From Candidatus Kapaibacterium sp. (GTDB lineage: Bacteria > Bacteroidota > Ignavibacteria > Kapaibacteriales > UBA2268): 64,000 bases of DNA. Of the stretch, positions 29,078-38,513 are shown in pieces. The position numbers and the translations under genes were made by a program. The stretch is taken from positions 3,264,001 through 3,328,000 of the forward strand of contig OY761611.1 of the NCBI GenBank assembly GCA_963664875.1, in the 5' to 3' direction. The notes below the pieces were generated by a model. It made no database searches, was not told where the DNA came from, and saw only the letters and a program-made list of their open reading frames with translations. Numbering within the stretch: the stretch's first letter is position 1; every line of letters starts with the position of its first letter.

Positions 29078-30796
29078 ATGAAATACATATTCACCATATT
29101 TGTTTTCTTATTACTATCAATATCACACTCCTCTGCTGAAAAATCTAAAGATATTTATTTTGATAAGATACCGGCTGAATTGCTCACTAATCTTAAATAT
29201 GAAGATGTATGCAAACTCAAATTTGCAAAGACTCTTGAAAATTATAATCTTATTGTGGATTCAATAAAAGCTGCAGAAGAAAATTCGTCAGATCTCTTGT
29301 TTCTATGTTCCCTGCTTGACAGCAATGCAAGTTTTGAAATGATACCCGCTATTATAAAAATTGTAGATGACAATAAGAGCAATGCTAGTGATGGTATTTA
29401 CTGTTTTACGTGGTTTGTACCAGATACTGTAAATACAGTTTCAAATAATATAATACACTTGCTGGAAAACTTCTATTGTTTTCGTTATAATTATAATGAA
29501 GAATTTGGCACTGTCACTAAAGAACCCGCCAATTCATATAAATGGAAACAATATGATTCATTAGTAGCACCTTATTGGAAGAAGCTTTGGGAAAATGACA
29601 GTATTAACTATAGAAATTGGGGGAAATCCTTTTATGATGAAACCTTGCTAAAAATGCAGGAAGCAGATTCTTTGGATTTTTCTGAGTTAAACTACATACT
29701 TGAGACTAAGTATCGACAAGACAAAGACTCCTCTATCTGGAAAAACTTCTTAAGTAAAATTAAGGCTTCCAGAGTTTTTTATTTGAGCACAGATAGCATT
29801 TTTAAAGTAGATTCACTAGCTCAGATAGAGCACCTTATGAATTGCAAAGATATGTTCTCTCGTATTTTTAGGTATCTGAGTGATTATAATCAGGTTCAGT
29901 TTGAAAAAATATATCCAGCATTACAGCAGTATAACGAAGTGGATCAAGGTGAGATTATTAGTGAGATATTAGAGTATGAAGTAATACGCACAGCAATAAT
30001 AAAAAAACCGGACAGAACCATATTTACCAATCAATACATACAAAATATGGTAAAAGAGTATAGGAATCACTACTCTCAAATTGTTAATTCAGATAAGTCT
30101 TTTGCCCAGGGCAAAACAGAGTTGGACAGGAGAAGTGGTAGTTATGTAAGAGGATATAATGTCTATAATGATCCGCTTTACTTTCTAGATATGCAAGACA
30201 TGAATTATGAGCAGCAATTAGAGTTTATTATTTCAAAACTCAAGAAGCGAGAGCAAAGAAAGTGTTTGTCAAAATTACTAGATACTACTAAATTCAAAAA
30301 CTTAGTTACAATTTGTAAATATGCAAAAGAAATCGATACCGTTGATAATATTGAATTTATTATGGATGGGTTGTCTGTTAAATTAGGTATTCCACTTATT
30401 AGGTATTCAATCGATAATATAAGTTCTTTAGAAAATATTTGTTCCAATAAGACAGATGAAGAAATCATAAATTATTTTGCAGTTGACTTATACCCTGAGT
30501 TATTCAATAATCAAAAATTGAATTATAAGCTAATATCTAAAGAATTGGAATCGGTTTTGGTGCAAAATAATGAGAAATATAAATTAGATGCAACTCAATA
30601 TGCCTGGAGTAATTCTATATTGAGGTTTATTGAATACTCTCCTATCCTAACACTAATCAGAATCCTCGAACTCGAGCACAACACAAGTCTCGGCTTTGAG
30701 TATATATTTAACAGGTATAATCCTGAAAAGCTTCAAAGCCGAATAAATGCTTGGGTAGAATATTTAGAGGAAAAGGGATTGATACACAGGAACTAA
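29078..30796 (+). CDS. Secreted hypothetical protein, paralog 3
   Basis: Signal peptide and the same motif series as paralogs 1 and 2. Confidence 0.85.
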   Translation: MKYIFTIFVFLLLSISHSSAEKSKDIYFDKIPAELLTNLKYEDVCKLKFAKTLENYNLIVDSIKAAEENSSDLLFLCSLLDSNASFEMIPAIIKIVDDNKSNASDGIYCFTWFVPDTVNTVSNNIIHLLENFYCFRYNYNEEFGTVTKEPANSYKWKQYDSLVAPYWKKLWENDSINYRNWGKSFYDETLLKMQEADSLDFSELNYILETKYRQDKDSSIWKNFLSKIKASRVFYLSTDSIFKVDSLAQIEHLMNCKDMFSRIFRYLSDYNQVQFEKIYPALQQYNEVDQGEIISEILEYEVIRTAIIKKPDRTIFTNQYIQNMVKEYRNHYSQIVNSDKSFAQGKTELDRRSGSYVRGYNVYNDPLYFLDMQDMNYEQQLEFIISKLKKREQRKCLSKLLDTTKFKNLVTICKYAKEIDTVDNIEFIMDGLSVKLGIPLIRYSIDNISSLENICSNKTDEEIINYFAVDLYPELFNNQKLNYKLISKELESVLVQNNEKYKLDATQYAWSNSILRFIEYSPILTLIRILELEHNTSLGFEYIFNRYNPEKLQSRINAWVEYLEEKGLIHRN

Positions 30797-31587
30797 AAAC
30801 TATATACCATACCCACTGCACCGGGAACAGCGTAGAAAGACAAAGAATTGGATTTATTTTTATCTTTTTCGTGTGCATTGAGAACTGCTAAACCACTTAG
30901 TGTGCCTATTGCTGCTCCCAAAACTACATCGCTGAACCAGTGTCGGTTTTTGTACATTCTTGCGTAAGCGGTGGAGGCAGATAGTCCGTAAGCTCCTATA
31001 TAAGCCCACCAGCGGTCTATCCTTCCGGCAATTACTGACGATATAGCAAAAGCAATGGTTGTATGTCCAGATGGAAAGGAGTTGAAATCATCATCAAATT
31101 CGAAATACTGAAAATTGTAATTGTCATCCTGATTTGTGGGTCTTGCTCTTCCGAGTATAATTTTAAGCGAACCGGTAACAGCCCCTGCTAGAAGTATAGA
31201 TTCTCCAACCATTCTACCGGTAACTCTGACATATTCGTCGCCCGCAATCAAACCATATAAGTAAGTGCCACCCGAAAAAACGGCAGCACTCGTTTTTAAT
31301 CCGTAATTATCTACGAAATCAATATAGTCACTTGTAAACTTCGAAGTGTTTCGAAGTGAAAAGTCCTGCACTTGCTGATCTGCCGACATAGCAGCTAAGC
31401 TGATTAGAGCACTTCCACCAAGGTAGTATAGCTCATTTGCAGAATTGCTGCAGAGCGATTTCCCGATTCGTACATAATCATTCCCTATGCCTTTTATGTC
31501 CTGCCATAAAATAGAATCGAGTTCGGCAGAGAGGGCAGACACGGCAAATGATACAAAAAAGCTAAATACTATTATATATCTTTTCAA
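30793..31587 (-). CDS. PAP2-family phosphatase
   Basis: K...GRARP, SFPSGH and ARMY..RHWFSDV motifs. Confidence 0.92.
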   Translation of the reverse strand: MKRYIIVFSFFVSFAVSALSAELDSILWQDIKGIGNDYVRIGKSLCSNSANELYYLGGSALISLAAMSADQQVQDFSLRNTSKFTSDYIDFVDNYGLKTSAAVFSGGTYLYGLIAGDEYVRVTGRMVGESILLAGAVTGSLKIILGRARPTNQDDNYNFQYFEFDDDFNSFPSGHTTIAFAISSVIAGRIDRWWAYIGAYGLSASTAYARMYKNRHWFSDVVLGAAIGTLSGLAVLNAHEKDKNKSNSLSFYAVPGAVGMVYSF

Positions 31588-31829
31588 GTTTTATTCCTAT
31601 TTTTGAGATGTCTGATACTTTAGTATTTCTTTTGTTCGATATTTTGGTCTATCAAGAGATAGACGAGTGAGAATGTCGCTAAAGAAAAATGACTATATTT
31701 ATTTTGTACTCTGGCTTTGACGTTTAAGACAGCTTCTATATATTGCTATTTGTTACGCGTCAGTCTGAGTAGCTGAAACAACTTAATTTACAAAAAAAAT
31801 TGAAATAATTATATTTGGGATATTTACCT

Positions 31830-33299
31830 ATGAAACTATTTGAGTCAGTATTCAGAGATATAAACATTATAGTGCAAAAAGGTTCAGTGCCAAGCCACAT
31901 TAATAAGGTATGCTATGATTCTCGTAAGTGCGATAAAGGTGATGTCTTTGTTGCTATGCACGGAGAGCTCACAGATGGCCATCTTTTCATTGATAAAGCC
32001 ATTGAGCTCGGAGCTGCCGTGATTGTATGCGAAATGTTACCGGGAGATCCTAAAGAGCATATCCTGTATATTCAGGTGAAGAATTCGAGAGAGGCTCTAT
32101 CAATTCTCGCCCATAACTATTATGATATGCCGGCAAGTAAAATGGATATTTATGGTGTAACCGGGACTAATGGGAAGACCACAATTACATTTTTGCTTGA
32201 TAGCATCTATAAAGAACTTGGCTATAAAACCGGCATTATCGGAACGACCGGTATATATATAGGTGACAGAAAAATTGAAGCATCACATACTACTCCCGAA
32301 TCTTTAGAGCTGGCAGCTATTCTTGATGAAATGCATCGTGAAGGAATTCGTAAGGTTTTTATGGAAGTCTCTTCGCATGCATTAGTGCAAAACCGAGCTG
32401 ATAATATTAGCTTTAAAGCAGGAATATTTACTAACCTTAGCCATGAACATTTAGATTATCATAAAACAATGGATGAATATGCTGCTGCGAAGAGTATCCT
32501 TTTTACCAGAATCAGACCTGATGGGATTGCGATTGTTAATGGTGATGATGTATATAAAGATGCAATAATTCATAAATGTACTGCCTCTGAGATCCGAAAA
32601 GTAGGAAGGAATACAGATAATAACATCATAATATCAGAAGAAGTGTCAAAAATAGACGGTATGGAATTCAATCTTCAGATTGATACGAGGTTGCAAATCG
32701 CTACTACCTTGATAGGAAAATTCAATATAGATAACATATCAATGGCACTATCTATTCCTATTCTCGAAGGAGAAGATACTAATATGATATTATATGCAGC
32801 GAAAAATGCTAAAGGAGCCAGAGGCAGAATGGAAAGAATAAACTTAAGCAATGGTGCTGTGGCTCTTATTGATTATGCCCACACACCTGATGCTCTGGAA
32901 AAGGCTCTAAATGCAGCTAAGGAGGTTTTATTAGAATCCGGCTCGAAAGGAAAGCTTATTTCTGTATTCGGTTGTGGAGGCGACCGTGACAAAACTAAAC
33001 GCCCTAAAATGGGGGCTATAAGCACTGATATAGCTCACTTTAGCATAATTACCGACGACAATCCGAGGACTGAAGACCCCGCCACCATCAGAAAAGAGAT
33101 AATTGCAGGAGTAGAGCTGCGACGCAACTGCTGCGAAGTAGCCGGCAGAGCCGATGCCTTGCATCTCGCATATAAGATAGCGATGGAGGGAGACATTATT
33201 TTAATAGCAGGCAAAGGACACGAAACCTATCAGATAATTGGCAAGACTAAATATCACTTTGACGATAAAGAAGAAATTATAAAGTGGGATATTAGATAA
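31830..33299 (+). CDS. murE: UDP-MurNAc-tripeptide synthetase (meso-DAP type)
   Basis: GVTGTNGKTT, MEVSSHAL, HLDYH, DYAHTPD, FGCGGDRD, DNPR and AGKGHE motifs. Confidence 0.96.
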   Translation: MKLFESVFRDINIIVQKGSVPSHINKVCYDSRKCDKGDVFVAMHGELTDGHLFIDKAIELGAAVIVCEMLPGDPKEHILYIQVKNSREALSILAHNYYDMPASKMDIYGVTGTNGKTTITFLLDSIYKELGYKTGIIGTTGIYIGDRKIEASHTTPESLELAAILDEMHREGIRKVFMEVSSHALVQNRADNISFKAGIFTNLSHEHLDYHKTMDEYAAAKSILFTRIRPDGIAIVNGDDVYKDAIIHKCTASEIRKVGRNTDNNIIISEEVSKIDGMEFNLQIDTRLQIATTLIGKFNIDNISMALSIPILEGEDTNMILYAAKNAKGARGRMERINLSNGAVALIDYAHTPDALEKALNAAKEVLLESGSKGKLISVFGCGGDRDKTKRPKMGAISTDIAHFSIITDDNPRTEDPATIRKEIIAGVELRRNCCEVAGRADALHLAYKIAMEGDIILIAGKGHETYQIIGKTKYHFDDKEEIIKWDIR

Positions 33300-33319
33300 A
33301 ACTTATAATTATCATTATG

Positions 33320-33360
33320 TAAAATACCCGATGTGATTTCAAACTCACTTCGGGTATTTT
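33320..33360 (+). terminator. Intrinsic terminator after murE
   Basis: aaaatacccga...tcgggtatttt. Confidence 0.8.
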
Positions 33361-33434
33361 GCTTTATTGTCAATTAAATTATCATATATGCAGCCGTAGT
33401 CTATGTTTTGGAAAGATTATTACCTGCAAATATC

Positions 33435-33490
33435 AAAAAAAAAAAAAATAGTAAATAAATCTTGCACATTGTAAATGCAAATTGTATATT
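33435..33490 (+). promoter_or_regulatory. A14 tract plus putative promoter of the T9SS gene array
   Basis: A14 at 33435-33448; TTGCAC (33462) and TATATT (33485) 17 bp apart. Confidence 0.4.
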
Positions 33491-33586
33491 GTAATCAACA
33501 CAGTTAACTGATGTTCTAAGATTAACAAAAGGGTTTTCTTGTTAATCATAAACAATGATATTCTAATACCCAAAAGGAACATATCT

Positions 33587-35023
33587 ATGAAAAGCTTGTT
33601 ACCTATAATAATTGTATTTACATTTCTTTTTAGTATTGACTCTTATGCAGGAAAGTGGGGTAAGCACACCTATTTAACTATGGATTCAGCTGTAGTATTT
33701 ATTGCACATTCAAGGGATTCTTTAGGCAATCAATATTTTACCGGAAATTTTTTTACTTATGGATATTATAAATTGCCAAAAGGAAGTGATACTTGGGAGT
33801 CTTTTACTCACGTAAATATCCTTGATTCCACTTATAAAATAAGAGATATATGGGGAATGACACACGGAAAAAAATCGAGAATGTTTGAAATGATAGCAAG
33901 CGGTGAAGGCTTTTATGGGCAGGATTCCGGAGGAAGATACATAGTATATGAAAGCCCCGATACCACAATAGCATGGAGATATAAAGACGGAGATATATAT
34001 AAATGGGGAAATCCACGATTTTTTTTATATCTCGATGGCAAATATTGGCTGATGGGTGGCAATGTAAAAAAGCTAACCAGATTTGATGAAAATACATTAG
34101 AAATTGATACTTTACCTTTTGATGATGAGGTTCTAAAACCCGCATTTTTTGAAGAAGACCTTGTAACAACACACAAGGAAGGCTTGTTTTATCTGACTTA
34201 CGACAGAAAATATTTGCATTATTATTCCAAAGAAGAATATTTTAGTGTAAATATAGATTCTATATGCAAGGCACGGAACTACGAACATGCTTTTTACAGC
34301 CAAGTTATAGTTTGTGGCGATACTGCTTACTTAGCAGACGAAGCAGCTAATGTATTTATTTGCGATTTGAAAACTCGGGATTTTGTTAAAAAAGAACAAG
34401 GAATGTCTGCAGTCATAGAGCGCACTAAAAGTTTTGCTGACTCAGGTAAAGTAATTGATTTAGAATTATCAATAATGCAAAATAGAGACTTTTTCTTTTT
34501 CTGTATGAAAAATTATAGAAATGAAACAACAGGCGAAATAACAAGAGATATACATACATTCCAAGCAGATGCCGCAGGAGCTTTCAATGTAAATACATTA
34601 TTCTCTCCTGAAATGTCTGCAGCCTATCGTTTTTACCGAACACCTTATGATTACTACTGGGTTTTAGGTCCTTATGTTATACCTGATTCGGATACGGCGT
34701 ATGTGATATGTCCTTACTATCCCGATGAGACAGGAGTAGAAGGTCTGCCGACCATACTCGCCAAACAAGTATATCCGAATCCATCGAAAGTGCAAACAAA
34801 AGTAGATTTTTACGTACACCCGGATAGGATAGACAAACTTAGTTTTACGATATACAACTATATGGGCGAAGAGATAGACAGAATAAGCTCAGAAATAGAC
34901 TATGACTATAGTAGCTTTTACGCAACAAAGACAATAGATGCAACAAAATACTCAACAGGAATCTACTATCTACTCATAGACAACGGCATAGAAAAGCGAC
35001 TTGTCGGTTTTGCAATAGAGTGA
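33587..35023 (+). CDS. T9SS cargo protein, copy 1 (probable beta-propeller + CTD)
   Basis: Signal peptide; VYPNPS...YSTGIYYLLI CTD. ATG at 33587 gives 478 aa, matching the other copies. Confidence 0.9.
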   Translation: MKSLLPIIIVFTFLFSIDSYAGKWGKHTYLTMDSAVVFIAHSRDSLGNQYFTGNFFTYGYYKLPKGSDTWESFTHVNILDSTYKIRDIWGMTHGKKSRMFEMIASGEGFYGQDSGGRYIVYESPDTTIAWRYKDGDIYKWGNPRFFLYLDGKYWLMGGNVKKLTRFDENTLEIDTLPFDDEVLKPAFFEEDLVTTHKEGLFYLTYDRKYLHYYSKEEYFSVNIDSICKARNYEHAFYSQVIVCGDTAYLADEAANVFICDLKTRDFVKKEQGMSAVIERTKSFADSGKVIDLELSIMQNRDFFFFCMKNYRNETTGEITRDIHTFQADAAGAFNVNTLFSPEMSAAYRFYRTPYDYYWVLGPYVIPDSDTAYVICPYYPDETGVEGLPTILAKQVYPNPSKVQTKVDFYVHPDRIDKLSFTIYNYMGEEIDRISSEIDYDYSSFYATKTIDATKYSTGIYYLLIDNGIEKRLVGFAIE

Positions 35024-35171
35024 GGTAAGTAATATAAATATTTTAAACTAACCCCATATTGTGTATATAATATGGGGTTAGTTGTAAAAAAATATTATAA
35101 GTGTAACAAAAATAAATCATAACTGTCAATCAATAAATATCAATATTCTAATACACTCAAGGAACATATCT

Positions 35172-36608
35172 ATGAAAAGCTTGTTACCTATAATAATTGT
35201 GTTTACATTTCTTTTTAGTTTTGACTCTTATGCAGGGAAGTGGGGCAAGCACACTTATTTAGCTAAGGATGAAGGTAAGGTATTTGTGATACAAACTATG
35301 GATTCTTTGGGCAATCAATATTTTACCGGAAGTTTTTTTACGTATGGGTATTATAAATTGCCAAAAGGGAGTGATACATGGGAGTCTGTTACTCACGTAA
35401 ATATCCTTGATTCCACTTATAAAATAAGAGATATATGGGGAATGACACACGGGAAAAAATCGAGAATGTTTGAAATGATAGCAAGCGGTGAAGGCTTTTA
35501 TGGGCAGGATTCCGGAGGAAGATACATAGTATATGAAAGCCCCGATACCACAATCGCATGGAGATATAAAGACGGAGATATATATAAATGGGGAAATCCA
35601 CGATTGTTTTTATTTCACGATAGCAAATATTGGTTAATGGGTGGCAATGTAAAAAAGCTAACCAGATTTGATGAAAAAACTTTAGAAATTGATACTCTAC
35701 CTTTTGATGATGTGGTTTTTAAACCTTCTTATTATGATAAAAATCTTGTAGTAAAATACAAAGAAGGCTTGTTTTATCTGACTTATGACAGAAAATATTT
35801 GCATTATTATTCCAAAGAAGAATATTTTAGTGTAAATATAGATTCTATATGCAAGGCACGGAACTATGAACATGCTTTTTACAGCCAGCTTATAGTTCGT
35901 GGTGATACTGCTTACTTAGCAGACGAAGCAGCCAATATTTTTATTTGCGATTTGAAAACTCGGGATTTTATTAAAAAAGAACAAGGAATGTCTGCAGTCA
36001 TAGAGCGCACTAAAAGTTTTGCTGACTCAGGTAAAGTAGTTGATCTAAAGATGTCAATAATGCAGAATGGAGACTTTTTTCTTTTCTGTCTGAAAAACTA
36101 TACAAATGGGCCAACAAGCGAAATAATATTAGATCTACATACATTCCAAGAAGATGCAGCAGGTGCTTTCAATGTAAATACATTATTCTCACCTGAAATG
36201 TCTGCAGCCTATCGTTTTTATCGAACACCTTATGATTACTACTGGGTTTTAGGTCCTTATGTTAAACCAGATTCGGATACGGCGTATGTGATATGCCCTT
36301 ACTATCCCGATGAGACAGGAGTAGAAGGTCTGCCGACCATACTCGCCAAACAAGTATATCCGAATCCTTCGAAAGTGCAAACAAAAGTAGAATTTTATGT
36401 ACACCCGGATAGGATAGACAAACTTAGTTTTACGATATACAACTATATGGGCGAAGAGATAGACAGAATAAGCACAGAAATAGACTATGACTATAGTAGC
36501 TTTTACGCAACAAAGACAATAGATGCAACAAAATACTCAACAGGAATCTACTATCTACTCATAGACAACGGCATAGAAAAGCGACTTGTCGGTTTTGCAA
36601 TAGAGTGA
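35172..36608 (+). CDS. T9SS cargo protein, copy 2
   Basis: 478-aa paralog, collinear with copy 1. Confidence 0.9.
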   Translation: MKSLLPIIIVFTFLFSFDSYAGKWGKHTYLAKDEGKVFVIQTMDSLGNQYFTGSFFTYGYYKLPKGSDTWESVTHVNILDSTYKIRDIWGMTHGKKSRMFEMIASGEGFYGQDSGGRYIVYESPDTTIAWRYKDGDIYKWGNPRLFLFHDSKYWLMGGNVKKLTRFDEKTLEIDTLPFDDVVFKPSYYDKNLVVKYKEGLFYLTYDRKYLHYYSKEEYFSVNIDSICKARNYEHAFYSQLIVRGDTAYLADEAANIFICDLKTRDFIKKEQGMSAVIERTKSFADSGKVVDLKMSIMQNGDFFLFCLKNYTNGPTSEIILDLHTFQEDAAGAFNVNTLFSPEMSAAYRFYRTPYDYYWVLGPYVKPDSDTAYVICPYYPDETGVEGLPTILAKQVYPNPSKVQTKVEFYVHPDRIDKLSFTIYNYMGEEIDRISTEIDYDYSSFYATKTIDATKYSTGIYYLLIDNGIEKRLVGFAIE

Positions 36609-36757
36609 GGTAAGTAATATAAATATTTTAAACTAACCCCATATTGTGTATATAATATGGGGTTAGTTGTAAAAAAAATATTATAAGTGTAACAAAAATA
36701 AATCATAACTGTCAATCAATAAATATCAATATTCTAATACACAAAAGGAACATATCT

Positions 36758-38194
36758 ATGAAAAGCTTGTTACCTATAATAATTGTATTTACATTTCTTT
36801 TTAGTATTGACTCTTATGCAGGGAAGTGGGGTAAGAGCACCTATTTAGCTAAGGATGAAGGTAAGGTATTTGGGACACACACTATGGATTCTTTGGGTAA
36901 TCAATATTTTACCGGAAGTTTTTTTACGTATGGGTATTTTAAATTGCCAAAAGGAAGTGATACTTGGGAGTATTTTACTCATGTAAATATCCTTGATTCC
37001 ACTTATAAAATAAGAGATATATGGGGAATGACACACGGGAAAAAATCGAGAATCTTTGAAATGATAGCAAGCGGCAAAGGCTTTTATGGGCAGGATTCCG
37101 GAGGAAGATACATAGTATATGAAAGCCCTGATACCACAATCGCATGGAGATATAAAGACGGAGATATATATAAATGGGGAAATCCACGATTTTTTTTATA
37201 TCGCGATGGCAAATATTGGCTAATGGGTGGCAATGTAAAAAAGCTAACCAGATTTGATGAAAATACTTTAGAAATTGATACTCTACCTTTTGATGATGTG
37301 GTTTTTAAACCTTCTTATTATGATGAAAATCTTGTAGTAAAATACAAAGAAGGCTTGCTTTATTATACTTATGACAGAAAATATTTGCATTATTATTCCA
37401 AAGAAGAATATTTTAGTATAAATATAGATTCTATATGCAAGGCACGGAACTATGAACATGCTTTTTACAGCCAGCTTATAGTTCGTGGTGATACTGCTTA
37501 CTTAGCAGACGAAGCAGCTAATATATTTATATGCGATTTGAAAACTCGGGATTTTGTTAAAAAAGAACAAGGAATGTCTGCAGTCATAGAGCGCACTAAA
37601 AGTTTTGCTGACTCGGGTAAGGTAGTTGATGTAGAATTATCAATAATGCAGAATGGAGATTTTTTCTTTTTCTGTCTGAAAAACTATACAAATGGGCCAA
37701 CAAGCGAAACAATATTAGATATACATACATTCCAAGCAGATGCCGCAGGAGCTTTCAATGTAAATACAATATTCTCACCTGAAATGTCTGCAGCCTATCG
37801 TTTTTATCGAACACCTTATGATTACTACTGGGTTTTAGGTCCTTATGTTAAACCAGATTCGGATACGGCGTATGTGATATGCCCTTACTATCCCGATGAG
37901 ACAGGAGTAGAAGGTCTGCCGACCATACTCGCCAAACAAGTATATCCGAATCCTTCGAAAGTGCAAACAAAAGTAGAATTTTATGTACACCCGGATAGGA
38001 TAGACAAACTTAGTTTTACGATATACAACTATATGGGCGAAGAGATAGACAGAATAAGCACAGAAATAGACTATGACTATAGTAGCTTTTACGCAACAAA
38101 GACAATAGATGCAACAAAATATTCAACAGGAATCTACTATCTACTGATAGACAACGGCATAGAAAAGCGACTTGTCGGTTTTGCAATAGAGTGA
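36758..38194 (+). CDS. T9SS cargo protein, copy 3
   Basis: 478-aa paralog, collinear with copies 1 and 2. Confidence 0.9.
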   Translation: MKSLLPIIIVFTFLFSIDSYAGKWGKSTYLAKDEGKVFGTHTMDSLGNQYFTGSFFTYGYFKLPKGSDTWEYFTHVNILDSTYKIRDIWGMTHGKKSRIFEMIASGKGFYGQDSGGRYIVYESPDTTIAWRYKDGDIYKWGNPRFFLYRDGKYWLMGGNVKKLTRFDENTLEIDTLPFDDVVFKPSYYDENLVVKYKEGLLYYTYDRKYLHYYSKEEYFSINIDSICKARNYEHAFYSQLIVRGDTAYLADEAANIFICDLKTRDFVKKEQGMSAVIERTKSFADSGKVVDVELSIMQNGDFFFFCLKNYTNGPTSETILDIHTFQADAAGAFNVNTIFSPEMSAAYRFYRTPYDYYWVLGPYVKPDSDTAYVICPYYPDETGVEGLPTILAKQVYPNPSKVQTKVEFYVHPDRIDKLSFTIYNYMGEEIDRISTEIDYDYSSFYATKTIDATKYSTGIYYLLIDNGIEKRLVGFAIE

Positions 38195-38286
38195 GGTAAG
38201 TAATATAAATATTTTAAACTAACCCCATATTGTGTATATAATATGGGGTTAGTTGTAAAAAAAAATTTGATTTGGAAAGAGTAAGG

Positions 38287-38457
38287 CTATAAGTCAATAT
38301 CAGGGAATTTGTTTTTTATATACTCTATCGGATTATCTTTAGAGTCCGCTTCCAGCAAGAAATGATAGATATATGACTCATTGTAGTCAATAGATTCTAA
38401 AAAGGCAGTAACCTTTTCTGCAGTCTGTGAGTTGATGTTGTTCAATTCAATATTCAT
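38287..38457 (-). CDS. Small acidic hypothetical protein (56 aa), below the ORF-track cutoff
   Basis: MNIELNNINSQTAEKVTAFLESIDYNESYIYHFLLEADSKDNPIEYIKNKFPDIDL*, with AGGA upstream and co-oriented with the preceding operon. Confidence 0.55.
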   Translation of the reverse strand: MNIELNNINSQTAEKVTAFLESIDYNESYIYHFLLEADSKDNPIEYIKNKFPDIDL

Positions 38458-38513
38458 ATCGCTAATCCTGTTATTAGTTTTATTTATTTAACGAATGTAA
38501 GAAATGAATATTT

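Larger units (their letters stand above)
33558..38265 (+). repeat. Tandem triplication, period 1585/1586 bp (gene plus downstream spacer)
   Basis: Start codons at 33587, 35172 and 36758; near-identical coding and intergenic DNA. Confidence 0.97.

Noticed and set aside
31605-31736. Possible decayed fourth TIR element (gagatgtctgata...gacgtttaagacagcttc)
   Set aside because: The right end matches only ~14/18, the left end is poor, and there is no palindromic cargo; it cannot be distinguished from chance.
33587-38194. Diversity-generating retroelement behind the variable T9SS copies
   Set aside because: No reverse transcriptase or non-coding template repeat is in the window. Differences involve all four bases and are spread over whole-gene copies.
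35024-38265. CRISPR-like or attC-like repeats
   Set aside because: The repeated hairpins are ~1.6 kb apart as part of whole-unit duplication; there are no cas or integrase genes and no spacers.
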